Shown: positions 24,584 to 37,597 of the stretch, piece after piece
Numbering within the stretch: position 1 is the first letter of the stretch
Layout of the letters: the number at the start of each line of letters is the position of its first letter
From: Leucoraja erinacea
Taxonomy: Eukaryota
Reading direction: 5' to 3'
Length of the DNA: 64,000 bases
NCBI RefSeq assembly: GCF_028641065.1
Contig: NC_073386.1
Span: forward strand, 21,328,001-21,392,000
Program-made: the position numbers and the translations under genes
The notes under the pieces: generated by a model
Told to the model about the DNA's origin: nothing
The model's database searches: none
What the model saw: only the letters and a program-made list of their open reading frames with translations

Positions 24584-25536
24584 GTAAACATATTTTTGGT
24601 TTGACATGTAGTTCAGTTATCTCAGGAAAGTCTTGACAGACATGTACAATCATGGCTTTATTTTATTCCAAATAACTAAACTAATATTTATATATAATGA
24701 AAGTGATGTCCTAAAAAACATGAAGTTAAAGTAGAAATTAAAATTGAAAAGAAGTTACACACTTACTATAAGGCCAGAGATTTATTTCTTAACCCAATGT
24801 GGAGCACTGTAAAGTAATTTAGTTTAATAGACCTTGTTAAAAGTGTTTTTTATTTGTTTAATTGGTCAAGTTCTACAAAGTTGCCAATGAATCTTTTTCT
24901 TGCTATTTCATAAGGATCAGTGTAATTTACCATTAACTTACTTGAGTTGTCCTCCTTGATTTATAATAGTTGTGACATTTTTCCATAAGCCATTTAAATA
25001 AATATGTTTCCAATTTTTCTCTACCTTTTTCCCAAATACTGTAGATGCATTGCAATGAAAACCTTGTGTTTCGCCACTGAGTGGAACAAGATCTTGTTAT
25101 TTATTTTCTAGTGAATCCACGTTACAACAATACAACTTTCATTCAAATAGATTTCAACTCAGATTACAGCATCATTTGTAGATCAAGGGCAGACCAATTT
25201 AGACTGGACCATATCATCTTTTCCTTTGATCAGCTGTTCAACTGTGATCTTGCAATGGAACATACCATGCTGATACTGACTATGAGCTGAAAACATTGAT
25301 CCTTATGTGCCTAACAATGCAGTTTTAATGTCGTTGGCAGGTAGTAAAACAATTTCTAGAGTTAGAAATTATGTTGATAGTGTAAGAAATTGGCTGGTAT
25401 AAATGTGAATTTGAACAATTTGTGCAGTTGGATTCTGAGATGATTTCAATGGCTGACTTTTTCCTGTTTCATAATATATTATGAGCACGAGTTTTAAAGT
25501 AGTGAAATATTGATGAATGTCACCATCATTTCCAAG

Positions 25537-25600
25537 GCATGTGTGTAAAAATATTGCGTGAAGACAGTCGGTTTCCTGGAGCAAGCAAAGTAGTAAAATG
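25537..25600 (+). CDS. zte38: HORMAD1-like coding exon 3 (64 nt)
   Basis: (G)MCVKILREDSRFPGASKVVK(W)|gtaagt versus HORMAD1 DLCVKILREDKNCPGSTQLVKW. Confidence 0.93.
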
Positions 25601-25879
25601 GTAAGTATGACTTTTATCTTCTTTGCACGGAATTTAACAATAAAATACATAATTAAATTACATTTCCACAGGCAATAGAATGGTTGTGGCAAGAAAAACA
25701 AACATATTTTGGTAATTTTGAATAAAATCAGGTGAACCTTCTAGTAACAACACTATCATCCATAGAGTTTAGGTAAGTGGATGGAAGCAGATGTGGCATT
25801 TGAATGAACTCGTAGCAAATGGTAACAGCAAAAAAAGTGGATTTGCTCATAAAACATGTACCAAACATGATGTTGTTAA

Positions 25880-26630
25880 ACCAATGTCCTCTGCCAGCAT
25901 GTAATCCTTATCCTCGCAAATCCATCTAAAAGTATTTTAAATGTCACAATCACATCTGCCTCTACCATCTCCCCTTGCGCTGTATTCTAGGCACCCTTTA
26001 TCCACTGTGTAAACAAAAATTTGCCCCACATATCTCCTTTAAATCTTGCCCCACGTGTCTCCTTTAAATCTTGCCCCATGCATCTTCTTTAAATTTGCCC
26101 AACTCACCCTAAAGTTATGCCCTCTCATCCTTGACATTTCTGCTGTGGGAAAAAGGTTCTAACTGTCTACACTATTTATACCTCATGATTCTATATACTT
26201 TTATCAAGTCTCCTCTCAACCTCCGATGCTCCAGAGAAAACAATCCAAGTTTGTCCATCCTCTTCATGTACCTAATACTCTCTAATCCTGGTAACATCCT
26301 CTGCAGACTCCAAAGCCTCCACATCCTTCCTGTAATGGGGCAACCACAATTGCACATCATACTCGAAATACTGTAATGTGCTATAAAGCTGGTATATGAC
26401 CTCCTGACTCTTGTATTCAAATCACCAACCAAGGAAGGCAAGCATACCATATGCCTCCTTTACCACTGTCCACTTGTGTTGCCAATTTCAGAGAGCAATG
26501 GACATTGACTCCAAGATCCTTTTGTACATCAGTGTTGTCAATGGCCTCGCCATTAAATGTATACTTTCCCCTTACATGCAACTCCCCAAATGCAGCACCT
26601 CACGCTTGGTCGGATTAAATGCCATCTGTT
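25880..26630 (-). mobile_element. CR1 LINE ORF2 fragment
   Basis: RMLPGLESIRYMKRMDKLGLFSLEHRRLRGDLIKVYRIM. Confidence 0.8.
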
Positions 26631-26677
26631 GTTTCCGTAGATGATCTATATCCCTCTGTATGTTTTAACAGCCCTAA

Positions 26678-27380
26678 GTGGTGGTGCCTCGCGGCAGCGG
26701 CCTCTGCAGTCTGTCTTTTTTTTCTTTTTGTCCTGATAAGTGCATGTTTTGGTTGTAGTTTATATATTATTTCTAGCTGTGTATATGTGGGGGAAACTTT
26801 TAAATCTCTTCCCTGTACGGGGACCCGACCTTTCCCTGTCGGGTCTCCGTTGTCGTTGGGGCCTAGCACCTTGGAGCGGCCTCCAACCGGAATCGACCTG
26901 GGGCTCCAGTCGCAGAGCCTGCGGATTCACCATCTTCGGAGCATGGAGAGCTGTGGTGACGCGCGGTTGATACCCGACTTCGGAGGCTCCAGCTGCAGGC
27001 CTGTGAACGGTAACATCAGGAGCTCGCAGGTCCCTGGTGGGAGACCGCTTTTCAGAGCTCCTGCAATGGCAACTTCTCCCACCCGAATCGCGGGGTTAAA
27101 AATGAACTGGAGCAGGGCCTTGCATCACACGGCGCGGCCTTAACGGCCGCAGGACTTACCATCGTCCGCCGGGGGCTTTAACATTGGCAGAAGAATAAAG
27201 AACAGGGGAGAGACAAGACTTTGCCTTCCAACACAGTGAGGAGGTGTTGGAGATTCACTGTGATGGATGTTTATGTAAATTGTGTGTCTTGGGTTTTTTC
27301 TTGTTTGTATGACCGCAGAAACGTAAATTTTGTTTGAACTTAGGTTCAAATGACAATAAACGTTATTCTATTCTATTCAA
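26678..27380 (+). mobile_element. GC-rich non-autonomous retroelement (hairpin family), copy 2
   Basis: GGTGGTGCCTCGCGGCAGCGGCCTCTGCAG head, hairpin at 27227-27267, TGACAATAAA plus (TTCTA)n tail. Confidence 0.75.
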
Positions 27381-27399
27381 ACCACCTAACCGACCCATC

Positions 27400-27830
27400 T
27401 ACATTTGCGTCCATCAACTCTTCATTATAACATCCACTGTCCTATTTACCGTTAAACTTTTTTTTTAAAGTCGCCTTTAAAAAAAAAAAAACCCAGCCAA
27501 GCTTTTAAGACAATCGGCCAAAGCCATGATAATTAATCCTAAGTAGCCCATGCTCTTCCAAATGCAAGTAAATCCCATCCCAAATAGTCCTCTCCAATAT
27601 CTTCCCTACCACTGACGTGAAACTTACTTCCCTCCTCAAACAAAGGAAAAGCATTGGTTACTCTCCAGTTCTCTGGACCTTGCCTGTGATTAGCGAAGAT
27701 ACAAAGATTGTTGTCAAGGCCCCTACAATCTGCACTCATGCCTCTCATTAACCTGGGGTAGATCCCAACAAGCCCTGTGGATTTATCCACCTTAATGCTA
27801 CCACCATCTTGACATCAAAGTGCCCTAACA
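27400..27830 (-). mobile_element. CR1 LINE RT N-terminal fragment
   Basis: DKSTGLVGIYPRLM...PENWRVTNAFPLF. Confidence 0.65.
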
Positions 27831-28331
27831 TATCAGTCTTCCCCACACTAATATCATTTTACTTCATTAACTTCTTCCAATAAAGCCAGTGCAATATCTC
27901 CAGTAAAATGCAGTGAGAGAGGATAGTTACATGCATCATAGGTGCACCATGTTTATAGATGTAAATGTAGTTATTTTGTGTGGTAATTTCAACACAAAGT
28001 AATTCCACTAGTGTCATCCTTATATTTCACCCCATCTCTTTCTTTAAAATCTGCATATTGTAACGTGGAAGTTGGAAACCAGTTTGGGAACCTGAATTCC
28101 CATTTTGTGACTGATCTCAACACAGTTCAGGAGTACAACACAATCATCCTGAGCTCAAAGAGTATTTTAGGACATTTAAGTGAAAAAATATTTATTTTTA
28201 AACAAGGTAAAATCTATTTATTGAAACAACTAGGCAGAAACTTTCTATACTGCGTGGAGCATTGATATGCTAAGTTCAAATCTTTTTAAATTCCTCACTC
28301 ATTTTGCTGATTTAAATGTTCTATTTTCCAG

Positions 28332-28368
28332 GATGATGGGGTGTTTTGATGCCTTGGAGAAAGGATTT
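28332..28368 (+). CDS. zte38: HORMAD1-like coding exon 4 (37 nt)
   Basis: ttccag|MMGCFDALEKGF|gtaagt. Confidence 0.93.
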
Positions 28369-28600
28369 GTAAGTCAATTTTGTGTCAAATAGATGATTAT
28401 CTTCCAATATTCTATTTTATACATTCCAAGTTCTCTTAATTGTATAAAATTATGAACATTTTCATTTTGATGAGTAAAAGTAAAAGTTAAAAAGTTATTT
28501 TTTGTATGTACTTCTAGATTGTAAATTAATTTTAGTGTATTTTATTTCCTTGTGCAATAAATACATGTTCATATAAACCATGTCTTTCTTCTCTCAATAG

Positions 28601-28621
28601 CTACGAACAATTATTTTAGGA
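28601..28621 (+). CDS. zte38: HORMAD1-like coding exon 5 (21-nt microexon)
   Basis: caatag|LRTIILG|gtaagt versus HORMAD1 LRMVVLA. Confidence 0.88.
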
Positions 28622-29025
28622 GTAAGTACATTCCAAAAATTTACACGTTTATTATTGGATGTAAGATTTTGAAACCAACAATTTATTAGATTTCTATGAT
28701 ATATTCTTGGATTTAATACAATTATACTACACTCCTGTACTTAATACAAACATTTCAAGATAAGTATGAACATAAAAATAAATGTACGTTTGAAATGAAG
28801 TATGAATAGAAATAATTTGAATTGTACAGGATTGTTAATTACTGTAGACAAAAGATTGCTTAAAATGTAGATTCTATTAAAATTAATACATCTGTATCAA
28901 CTGAGTTGGCGACCAGAGCTCTCATCATCCTTCTTAGATTACTTAAAATCTCTTGATATTATTCAAAAAGCACCGAGTTCTAATGAAGTCAAGCATTCTG
29001 TATGCTTTCTTCACTGCTCTATATA

Positions 29026-30635
29026 CAGTGGCTTGCAAAGGTTTTCATACCCCTTGAACTTTTCCACATTGTGTCAAGTTACAACCACAGACGTAAATGT
29101 ATTTTATTGGGATTTTATGTGATAGACCAACACAAAGTGGTGCATAATGGTGAAGTGGAAGGAAAATGATATATGGTTTGCAAATTGTTTTACAAATAAA
29201 AAACTGAAAAGTGTGGCGTGCAAAAGTATTCAGCCCCCCTGAGTCAATACTTTGTAGAACCACCTTTCGCTGTAATTACAGTTGCAAGTCTTTTGGGGTA
29301 TGTCTCTACCAGTTTTGCACATCTAGAGACTGAAATTTTTGCCCATTCTTTGCAAAATAGCTCAAGCTCAGTCAGATTGGATGGAGAGCGTCTGAACAGC
29401 AATTTTCAAGTCTTGCCAGAGATTCTCAATTGGATTTAGGTCTGGACTTTGACTGGGCCATTCTAACACATGAATGTGCTTTGATCTAAACCATTCCATT
29501 GTAGCTCTGGCTGTATGTTTAGGGTCGTTGTCCTGCTGGAAGGTGAACCTTCGCCCCAGTCTCAAGTCTTTTGCAGACTGTAACAGGTTTTCTTCCAAGA
29601 TTGCCCTGTATTTGGCGCCATCCATCTTCCCATCAACTGACCAGCTTCCCTGTTCCTGCTGAAGAAAAGCATCCCCACAGCATGATGCTGCCACCACCAT
29701 GTTTCACAGTGGGGATGGTGTGTTCAGGGTGATGTGCAGTGTTAGTTTTCCGCCACACATAGCGTTTTGCATTTAGGCCAAAAACGTCAATTTTGGTCTC
29801 ATCTGACCAGAGCACCTTCCTCCACATGTTTGCTGTGTCCCCCGCATGGCTTGTGGCAAACTGCAAATGGGACTTCTTATGGCTTTTTTTCAACAATGGC
29901 TTTCTTCTTGCCACTCTTCCATAAAGGCCCGATTTGTGGAGTGCACGACTAATAGTTGTCCTGTGGACAGATTCTCCCACCTGAGCTGTGGATCTCTGCA
30001 GCTCCTCCAGAGTTACCATGGGCCACTTGGCTGCTTCTCTGATCAATGCTCTCCTTGCCCGGCCTATCAGTTTAGGTGGATGTCCATGTCTTGGTAGGTT
30101 TGCAGTTGTGCCATACTCTTTCCATTTTCGGATGATGGATTAAACAGTGCTCCGTGAGATGTTCAAAGTTTGGGATATTTTTTTATAACCTAACCCTGCT
30201 TTAAACTTTTTTACAACTTTATCCCTGACCTGTCTGATGTGTTCCTTGGGCTTCATGATGCTGTTTGTTCACTAATATTCTCTAACAAACCTCCGAGGCC
30301 TTCACAGAACAGCTGTATTTATACTGAGATTAGATTACACACAAGTTGACTCTATTTACTAATTAGGTAACTTCTGAAGGCAATTGGTTGCACTGGATTT
30401 TATTTAGGGGTATCAGAGTAAAGGGGGCTGAATATTTTTGCACACCACACTTTTCAGTATTTTATTTGTTTAAAAAATTGAAAACCATGTATCATTTTCC
30501 TTCCACTTCACAATTATGTGCCAATTTGTGTTGGTCTATCACATAAAATCCCAATAAAATACATTTACGTTTGTGGTTGTAACGTGACAAAATGTGGAAA
30601 AGTTCAAGGGGTATGATTACTTTTGCAAGCCACTG
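29026..30635 (-). mobile_element. Full-length Tc1 (DD34E) DNA transposon, disabled
   Basis: ~210-bp TIRs CAGTGGCTTGCAAA.../...TTTGCAAGCCACTG, TA TSD (29024-29025, 30636-30637); inserted into a minus-strand CR1 fragment. Confidence 0.96.
29244..30256 (-). pseudogene. Tc1 transposase pseudogene
   Basis: MKPKEH...GYKKISQTLNISRSTV* (premature stop); [14 protein letters not shown] and [11 protein letters not shown] motifs with D-34-E spacing; frameshifts near 29640 and 29390. Confidence 0.92.
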
Positions 30636-31203
30636 TACCTCTGCTGCCGATTTCAGGGATCTTTGTTTCTCATTATTCCCTATTGCCCTACCATTGGTAT
30701 ATATATTGCCCTTACTTAATCCCACAAAATGCATCACTTCACTCTTATCAGGATTAAATTCCATTTGCCATTGCTCAGCCCAAGTTGCTGGCTAATCAAT
30801 ATCCTTCTACAGTCTAAACAACACTACCAACAATACCACAAATGATGGAGCTGGAATCAATCAGTCAACAAACTTGGGAGCTCCAGGCTTGGAAGAACAT
30901 GTGCCAAAGTCACAAACTTGATTTCTTTCTCAGTGGTAATTCCAATTGCCAACATTTATGAGTAGTATCTGGCCCAGCACCGTGGCCTCCATAAAGGGTG
31001 ATTATTTGGATATAGTGTGGAAAGTGTGGCAGTGCTGTCAAAATCTTCATCTTGGCTTAAGTTATGTGTTCAGGAGAGAGGGAAAAGTATTGTGAGAAAA
31101 AGAGAAACCACATTAATTTAAGTCGCATAGGATGATAGAAGAAAAACTTGCATATTAAATGAAAATATGTTGAAATTTTGAAAATTTAATTTTTTTTTTT
31201 TAG

Positions 31204-31230
31204 GTTCATAGAGATCCTGAGGATCCAAAT
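31204..31230 (+). CDS. zte38: HORMAD1-like coding exon 6 (27-nt microexon)
   Basis: (t)n-tag|VHRDPEDPN|gtaagt versus HORMAD1 VYTNPEDPQ. Confidence 0.92.
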
Positions 31231-31534
31231 GTAAGTATTTATACATGGTAAAATTTCATAGAGCCATACAGCATATAAACAGGCCCTTAGCCCAACCTGC
31301 CTACTCCAACCAACATGTTCCATCTACACTTATCCCACCTGCCTGTGTTTGGCCCATATCCCTTTAATCCTATCCATGTACCTGTCCAAATGTTTCTTAA
31401 ATGTTGTGATTTTAAATGTTCTAATATTTAAATATATTTATCTATTAAGATATTAAATGTCTAGATAATTTTTTAATCTATGAATATAAATTAAAGTTAA
31501 TTATACCAATACTTATTCATATGTTTACCTACAG

Positions 31535-31602
31535 AGCATAATTGAGTCTTACCAGTTTAAATTCAAGTATACTGCAGCGGGACCAAAGTTGGATATTTTA
31601 AG
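31535..31602 (+). CDS. zte38: HORMAD1-like coding exon 7 (68 nt)
   Basis: SIIESYQFKFKYTAAGPKLDIL(S)|gtaata. Confidence 0.93.
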
Positions 31603-31667
31603 GTAATAAACTAGGCTCTATCAGAGGAAATAACCTCTTTTCACTGTTGAATCATCTTGACCCTTCC

Positions 31668-32750
31668 AGCAAAGAGTAGGAGTAAACGGGTCCTTTTCAC
31701 AATGGCTGGCAGTGACTAGTGGGGTACCGCAAGGCTCAGTGCTGTGACCCCAGCTATTTACAATATATATTAATGATCTGGATGAGGGAATTGAAGGCAA
31801 TATCTCCAAGTTTGCGGATGACACTAAGCTGGGGGGCAGTGTTAGCTGTGAGGAGGATGCTAGGAGACTGCAAGGTGACTTGGATAGGCTGGGTGACTGG
31901 GCAAATGTTTGGCAGATGCAGTATAATGTGGATAAATGTGAGGTTATCCATTTTGGTGGCAAAAACGGGAAAGCAGACTATTATCTAAATGGTGGTCGAT
32001 TGGGAAAGGGGGAGATGCAGCGAGACCTGGGTGTCATGGTACACCAGTCATTGAAGGTAGGCATGCAGGTGCAGAAGGCAGTAAAGAAAGCAAATGGTAT
32101 GTTAGCTTTCATTGCAAAAGGATTTGAGTATAGGAGCAGGGAGGTTCTACTGCAGTTGTACAGGGTCTTGGTGAGACCACACCTGGAGTATTGCGTACAG
32201 GAGTTTTGGTCTCCAAATCTGAGGAAGGACATTATTGCCATAGAGGGAGTGCAGAGACGGTTCACCAGACTGATTCCTGGGATGTCAGGACTGTCTTATG
32301 AAGAAAGACTGGATAGACTTGGTTTATACTCTCTAGAATTTAGGGGATTGAGAGGGGATCTTATAGAAACGTACAAAATTCTTAAGGGGTTGGACAGGCT
32401 AGATGCAGGAAGATTGTTCCCGATGTTAGGGAAGTCCAGGACAAGGGGTCACAGCTTAAGGATAAGGGGGAAATCCTTTAAAACCGAGATGAGAAGAACT
32501 TTTTTCACACAGAGAGTGGTGAATCTCTGGAACTCTCTGCCACAGACGGTAGTTGAGGCCAGTTCATTGGCTATATTTAAGAGGGAGTTAGATGTGACCC
32601 TTGTGGCTAAGGGGATCAGGTGGTATGGAGAGAAGGCAGGTACGGGATACTGAGTTGGATGATCAGCCATGATCATATTGAATGGCGGTGCAGGCTCGAA
32701 GGGCTGAATGGCCTACTCCTGCACCTAATTTCTATGTTTCTATGTTTCTT
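31668..32750 (+). mobile_element. Young 5'-truncated CR1 LINE (RT C-terminus and 3' UTR)
   Basis: VTSGVPQGSVL*..ISKFADDTKLGG; ORF 31880-32653 (KCEVIHFG...LYRVLVRPHLEYC...FFTQRVVNLWNSLP); (TTCTATGT)n tail. Confidence 0.95.
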
Positions 32751-33349
32751 CTATTACATTATCTCTTCATCGATACTCAAGGAAATGACGAGCCCTGACT
32801 GCAATTTGTCCTCACAACTTTAGCTCTGGTATCATTCTGATAAATCTGCACTGTATCCATTTTGTGCCCGGTATATATTCTCTGAAATGCTGTGCCCAAA
32901 ACAAAATGCAACTTTCAACCAGTCGAATGGTGGCATACTGTAACTACACTCCTTTGTTTTACTGCCACCAGCCCAGAATACAGAGTTGCAGGTGTTCACA
33001 TTTGAGGATGGAGCGAGTTTGTGGCCTTAGAGTAACATCTAATACTTGAGCTTTTTGTGAATAGAGTTACTCACACCCAAAGTGTGAGCTTTTAAACCCA
33101 TTAATTATTTTAAGACAAGGTTATAAATGTATTTAAGTAAAAATTAAAACTCCAGATCTGTATGGTTAAATGAATTTTCAGGAAAAGCCAAACGCGCAAT
33201 GTAACTTGATGGGAGGTGATCTTTGAGTTCGTGGTAAGGAATAAGCAGCAAAGTCTTCTGGCTATTTTTGAATTCACAAAATATCAATTACCTAAAACAA
33301 ATACCAAAGGTACAAAGAAATCTTGTCATATGTAATTAAATTCACACAG

Positions 33350-33501
33350 CAAAAACAAGCATATTGGAACAGAAGTAAACTTTCAAGATACAAAAAAAGC
33401 TTCCGTACTGCTCATCCGTAAGCTGTTTGTCTTGATGCAGAGCCTGGAAATTCTTCCTAATGATGTGTCTCTGACAATGAAACTTTTCTATTACGATGAA
33501 G
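33350..33501 (+). CDS. zte38: HORMAD1-like coding exon 8 (152 nt)
   Basis: KNKHIGTEVNFQDTKKASVLLIRKLFVLMQSLEILPNDVSLTMKLFYYDE|gtaaat. Confidence 0.95.
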
Positions 33502-33789
33502 GTAAATGCAGTTTACTGGTATCAGAATTGTTTTATTCCATTCTATATTCCTATATATTAGCTGCTTTGGATACGTATGTAACTAAGTTCTAGTATGGAG
33601 GCTTACAACAATGCTTTGCTTGCAGAATTTTTGATTATTTTGAGTTTTATTTTTGCAACCCCTGCACTTGCAAACAAACCCATAGGATAGACCAGCAGAT
33701 CAGATAATATTGGTGAATAAAAAAACATTTACAAATGGATAACTTCGAGCATAACTACAGCAAATGCCAGACAAACCTGAATTTGTTGA

Positions 33790-34290
33790 TAACTAACGCC
33801 CCCCCACCCAACATCTGTATTCACCTATCACTTGCCAACCTTTGTCCCGCCCCCACCTCTTTTCCAACTTCTCCAACCCCACTCCTGTCATTCTGAGGAA
33901 GCCCAAATCGTAATGTCTGTCATCCATCCATCCATTCCTCCACAGATAGTGCTTGACGCACAGTTCCTCCAGTACTTGTTTAACTCGAGGTTCCAGCATT
34001 TACTGTTTCCTGTGTCTTAATTTGTTGAATTTAATATTAAGTCTGGAAGGCTGCAATATACACAGAAGGAAGATGAGGTGCTGATGCTTAAGACCATTAT
34101 AAAGCAAAAACAAATTAGTCAGAATGAGAGTGGGAAGAATTAAATGGCATAACTAGAAGCTCAGTATTGCTCTCCTGCTGACTGAATGCAAATGCTTAGT
34201 AAAGCAGGCACCTAATCTGCATTTGGTTTCTCAGATGTAGGGAAGACCAAATTGTGAATTTCAAATGCAATACTCTGGAAGAAGTGCAGG
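33790..34290. mobile_element. Degenerate Penelope-like fragments
   Basis: CACCTATCACTTGCCA...CTGAGGAAG...TTCCAGCAT pLTR on +, followed by a decayed endonuclease region on -. Confidence 0.5.
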
Positions 34291-35997
34291 TGAATTATGT
34301 GGTTAAAAATGCAGTAATTTTAGATTGGATCCAAATACATTTATTGTAATATGCTCGGGTGCAATGAAATTATTTGTTTACATCAACTTAATTGCGTACA
34401 CAGTATACATGATAACGATAGATACAACAACAATAAATACAATAAATTATCGAGCAATCTGAAGTAGTGTAAAAAATAATTAAATTGCAATAAAAACCAG
34501 CTGAATGAAGTAGACTACCAGTAAGTAATATGCAGACATCTGGAATTGGATGTGAAAGAGGTGATCCGTTCAGGGATCGGATAGCAATGCAAAGAAGCTG
34601 TTCTTAAGTTTGGACTCCCGGGCTATCAAGCTCCTGTAACTTCTTCCATAAGATAGAAGAGAGCAACCATGACACAAAGTTCCTAATCTCTTTCCACACC
34701 TGCTTCTTTCAAGTGCATCATTTATTTAAAGCATTGGGCATGTACATCGATTCCAGCAATGACTATTGATCTTTTATTGCTATTGACGAAATGGTAGTGA
34801 GATGCCTTCTTTAACTACTTCAGTTCACAGTGTAGTCAGGCAGGAAGTTTCAGGATTTAGACCCAGTGACAATCTTATATTTCTTAAATAGTGTGATAGA
34901 GGAAAACTTACAGCTGGGTATTTTGCATGCATTTGCTTCCCATGTCTTCTTTCATGGTGAATGTTTGGGGTTTTGGAGTGCTATTGGATTCTATCCATTC
35001 CAGTTACTGGGTGTAGATGATTGAGTAAATGGTTAGGTGGTATGGCAGTTGAGTGGCTGCTTTGTCTTGGATTGTGTTGCTTTCAGAATGTTGATGGAGC
35101 TTTTACATCCAGTCAAATGCAAAGTAGTCCATCGCATTCCCAATATTGTTTGTAGATAATGGAAATGTTTGGGACAGCAGACATGAACCACTCACCATGC
35201 ACATACTCGGGCTCTGATCTGCTATTGTAGCCATGGTTTTCATATGGTCCAGTTTCTTGTCTTGGGGATGCAGTTTTTTTCCACCCAGGATGATCATGGT
35301 GAGGAACTCCGTAATGGTAATGTGTTTGAATGCCAAAGGTAGTTTGTCACACTGTCTCGTGTTGGAGATGATCTATGCTGGCTTGTAGGGCATGAATATT
35401 TCATTTTTGAAGGGGTATAAATGGAATTAAACTAGCCCATCATAGAAACCTTTAAAATATGACATGATGATTTTAAAGATGCATGGATTTTTAAAAGTAG
35501 TGTATTTGAAAATTAGCTGACTGACAACAAAAAGTGATTTTGAATAAAGAATGTGTGCATGTAATTTCAATTGCTGCTTTTAGTACTCTGGCACTATGGA
35601 TACTGTATATTGATGCTAGGTATTTAATTATTTTGGCCACCCCAATAGGGACTTCAATCCCTAAAAATAACCCAGAGTACAATCGGTGATCATTCTTTTC
35701 AATGTATCTAGTACATATCAGTGGTTCAGTTCTTCTCAATGTATACATCTAAAACATAATAATTTGTGGCATTTATGATATTACTGATTACTATGTGCTT
35801 GTCCGCAGTTTTTGTTTTATTTTAGATCTCTATACTACCAATTTTCCCCTAAATTTCCAGCCTTTTTCCTGAAGATTTAAAGGGAAACACCCATTGGCCC
35901 TAATTCTCTTTCTGTTTTAATTAACTGTCCAAGCAGTTTATAAAACATATTCCCACTTCATATCAGTTTTCCTGATTCATATATTTTTAAATAACAG

Positions 35998-36233
35998 TGA
36001 CTCCTCCTGACTATCAGCCACCAGGGTTTAAAAAAGGTGAGTGTGATGCTCTGTGGTTTGAAGGAACTCCCGTCCATTTTAAAGTTGGTGATGTGCCCAC
36101 TCCATTCCATATGATGAAAGTACGGGTCACCACAGAGAAAGACACAATGGAACAGCTGGAGAAAGAAAACATGTTACAAAAGGAAAATGAATCTTCACAA
36201 CAGAAAATGGAGGAAGTCAAATCTCCCAAAAGT
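35998..36233 (+). CDS. zte38: HORMAD1-like coding exon 9 (236 nt; safety-belt end of HORMA domain)
   Basis: [48 protein letters not shown]...KSPKS|gtaagt. Confidence 0.95.
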
Positions 36234-36505
36234 GTAAGTTCCTATTATTTTTTAAAACTGCTTTTGGAATATTAGATATTTAAAACAGCAAGTTCAATAA
36301 GAAACTAACGTGACATGGATAAAAAATTCATAAAATACTGTTGATTCTGAGCAGTAAAAACGTGGGGATATTTATGATGCAACATCAAAAGTAACTTTCT
36401 AATGGCTTACGGAGATTGTGTTCAAAATTTCACAACCATGTATTCCAGCTATCATATTGATTTTCCAATTAGTGTGTTAATCAAGTTTGATTTCATTTGG
36501 CATAG

Positions 36506-36554
36506 GGCATAAATTATGTAAAGACATGCAATCCAGGCCACCAAAATACCACAG
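36506..36554 (+). CDS. zte38: HORMAD1-like coding exon 10 (49 nt, linker)
   Basis: catag|GINYVKTCNPGHQNTT+G|gtatga; supplies the phase 0->1 change the next exon needs. Confidence 0.65.
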
Positions 36555-37314
36555 GTATGAATATTTCTGTTAAGTTGAATGAATATATGAAGAATGATAA
36601 CAGTGATAGATTGATTGAGTTACAAAATGATATAAATTAGGTCCTTACTCCACACAAAGCTTTGCAGAAACGATTTCCACTATGTGATTGATGAATGTAG
36701 TAAATAATGAAATTTGAGTGCTAATGGTTATGGCCAAGTAATACAATGACAATGCATCTTTCTTGCAGGGGTCAAACAGACCCCTAATACTGTCATATAT
36801 CAAGAGTAAAGCGCAACCTCGTGAGGTGAAAGTGAACAACCTGATTTATTTGATAAGCTACTTCATAAATATCCAAACTGGATTCCAGAATGAAAAAAAT
36901 ATGCTTATGAGAGTTAGATTGAATCCTGGTGTATCTTCAAGAAAGCTGGGCTTCTAGTGACGGAGGTGTTGTCACATCCTTGTTTAAACAACAAGCGTAA
37001 ATTTTAACATGAAATACAGTACATGTTTGGTGAAACCATTCTTAATTTATTATGCATAGCGCATGATGTACAATTTGCTGATACAGGCGACCCCGATGTT
37101 ACGTGGGTCTTGCGTTCCTAAAAACCTGTTCTAACCGTAATTTTCCATAATGATACCTCATGGCATTGAACCTCCTGTTGTAAATGGGGATGATTTGCTT
37201 CTGAATCTTTTTCCCTCAATAGTGATAACCCCTTGGCTGTGTGGTCTACTGTTATGGGAATTTTGAAATGCAATTATTTTGTTTCCTTGCTAAGGGGCAT
37301 GTTCACCCAAGAGA

Positions 37315-37570
37315 ATAGACACATAGAAAATAGGTGCAGGAGTAGGCCATTCGGCCCTTCGAGCCTGCACCACCATTCAATATGATCATGGTTGATCATC
37401 CAACTCCGTATCCTGTACCTGCCTTCTCTCCATACCCCCTGATCCCTTTAGCCAAAAGGGCCACATCTAACTCCCTCTTAAATATAGCCAATGAACTGGC
37501 CTCAACTACTTTCTGTGGCAGAGAATTCCACAGATTCACCACTCTCCATGTTTTTTTCACACAGAGCGTT
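37315..37570 (-). mobile_element. CR1 3' fragment with a small 5' inversion
   Basis: RVVNLWNSLPQKVVEASSLAIFKRELDVAL; TTTTTCACACAGAG at ~37551 is in the opposite orientation. Confidence 0.85.
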
Positions 37571-37597
37571 ACATAGACTGCTTTGTCCACGATAGTA

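Noticed and set aside
31880-32653. 257-aa ORF as a host gene
   Set aside because: It is the C-terminal part of CR1 ORF2, 5'-truncated, with an upstream stop and a CR1 3' tail.
36769-36825. Possible extra HORMAD exon after ttgcag (GSNRPLILSYIKSKAQPRE)
   Set aside because: A phase 0-0 exon cannot sit in the phase 1 intron after 36554, the donor is weak, and there is no homology; 36506-36554 fits better.
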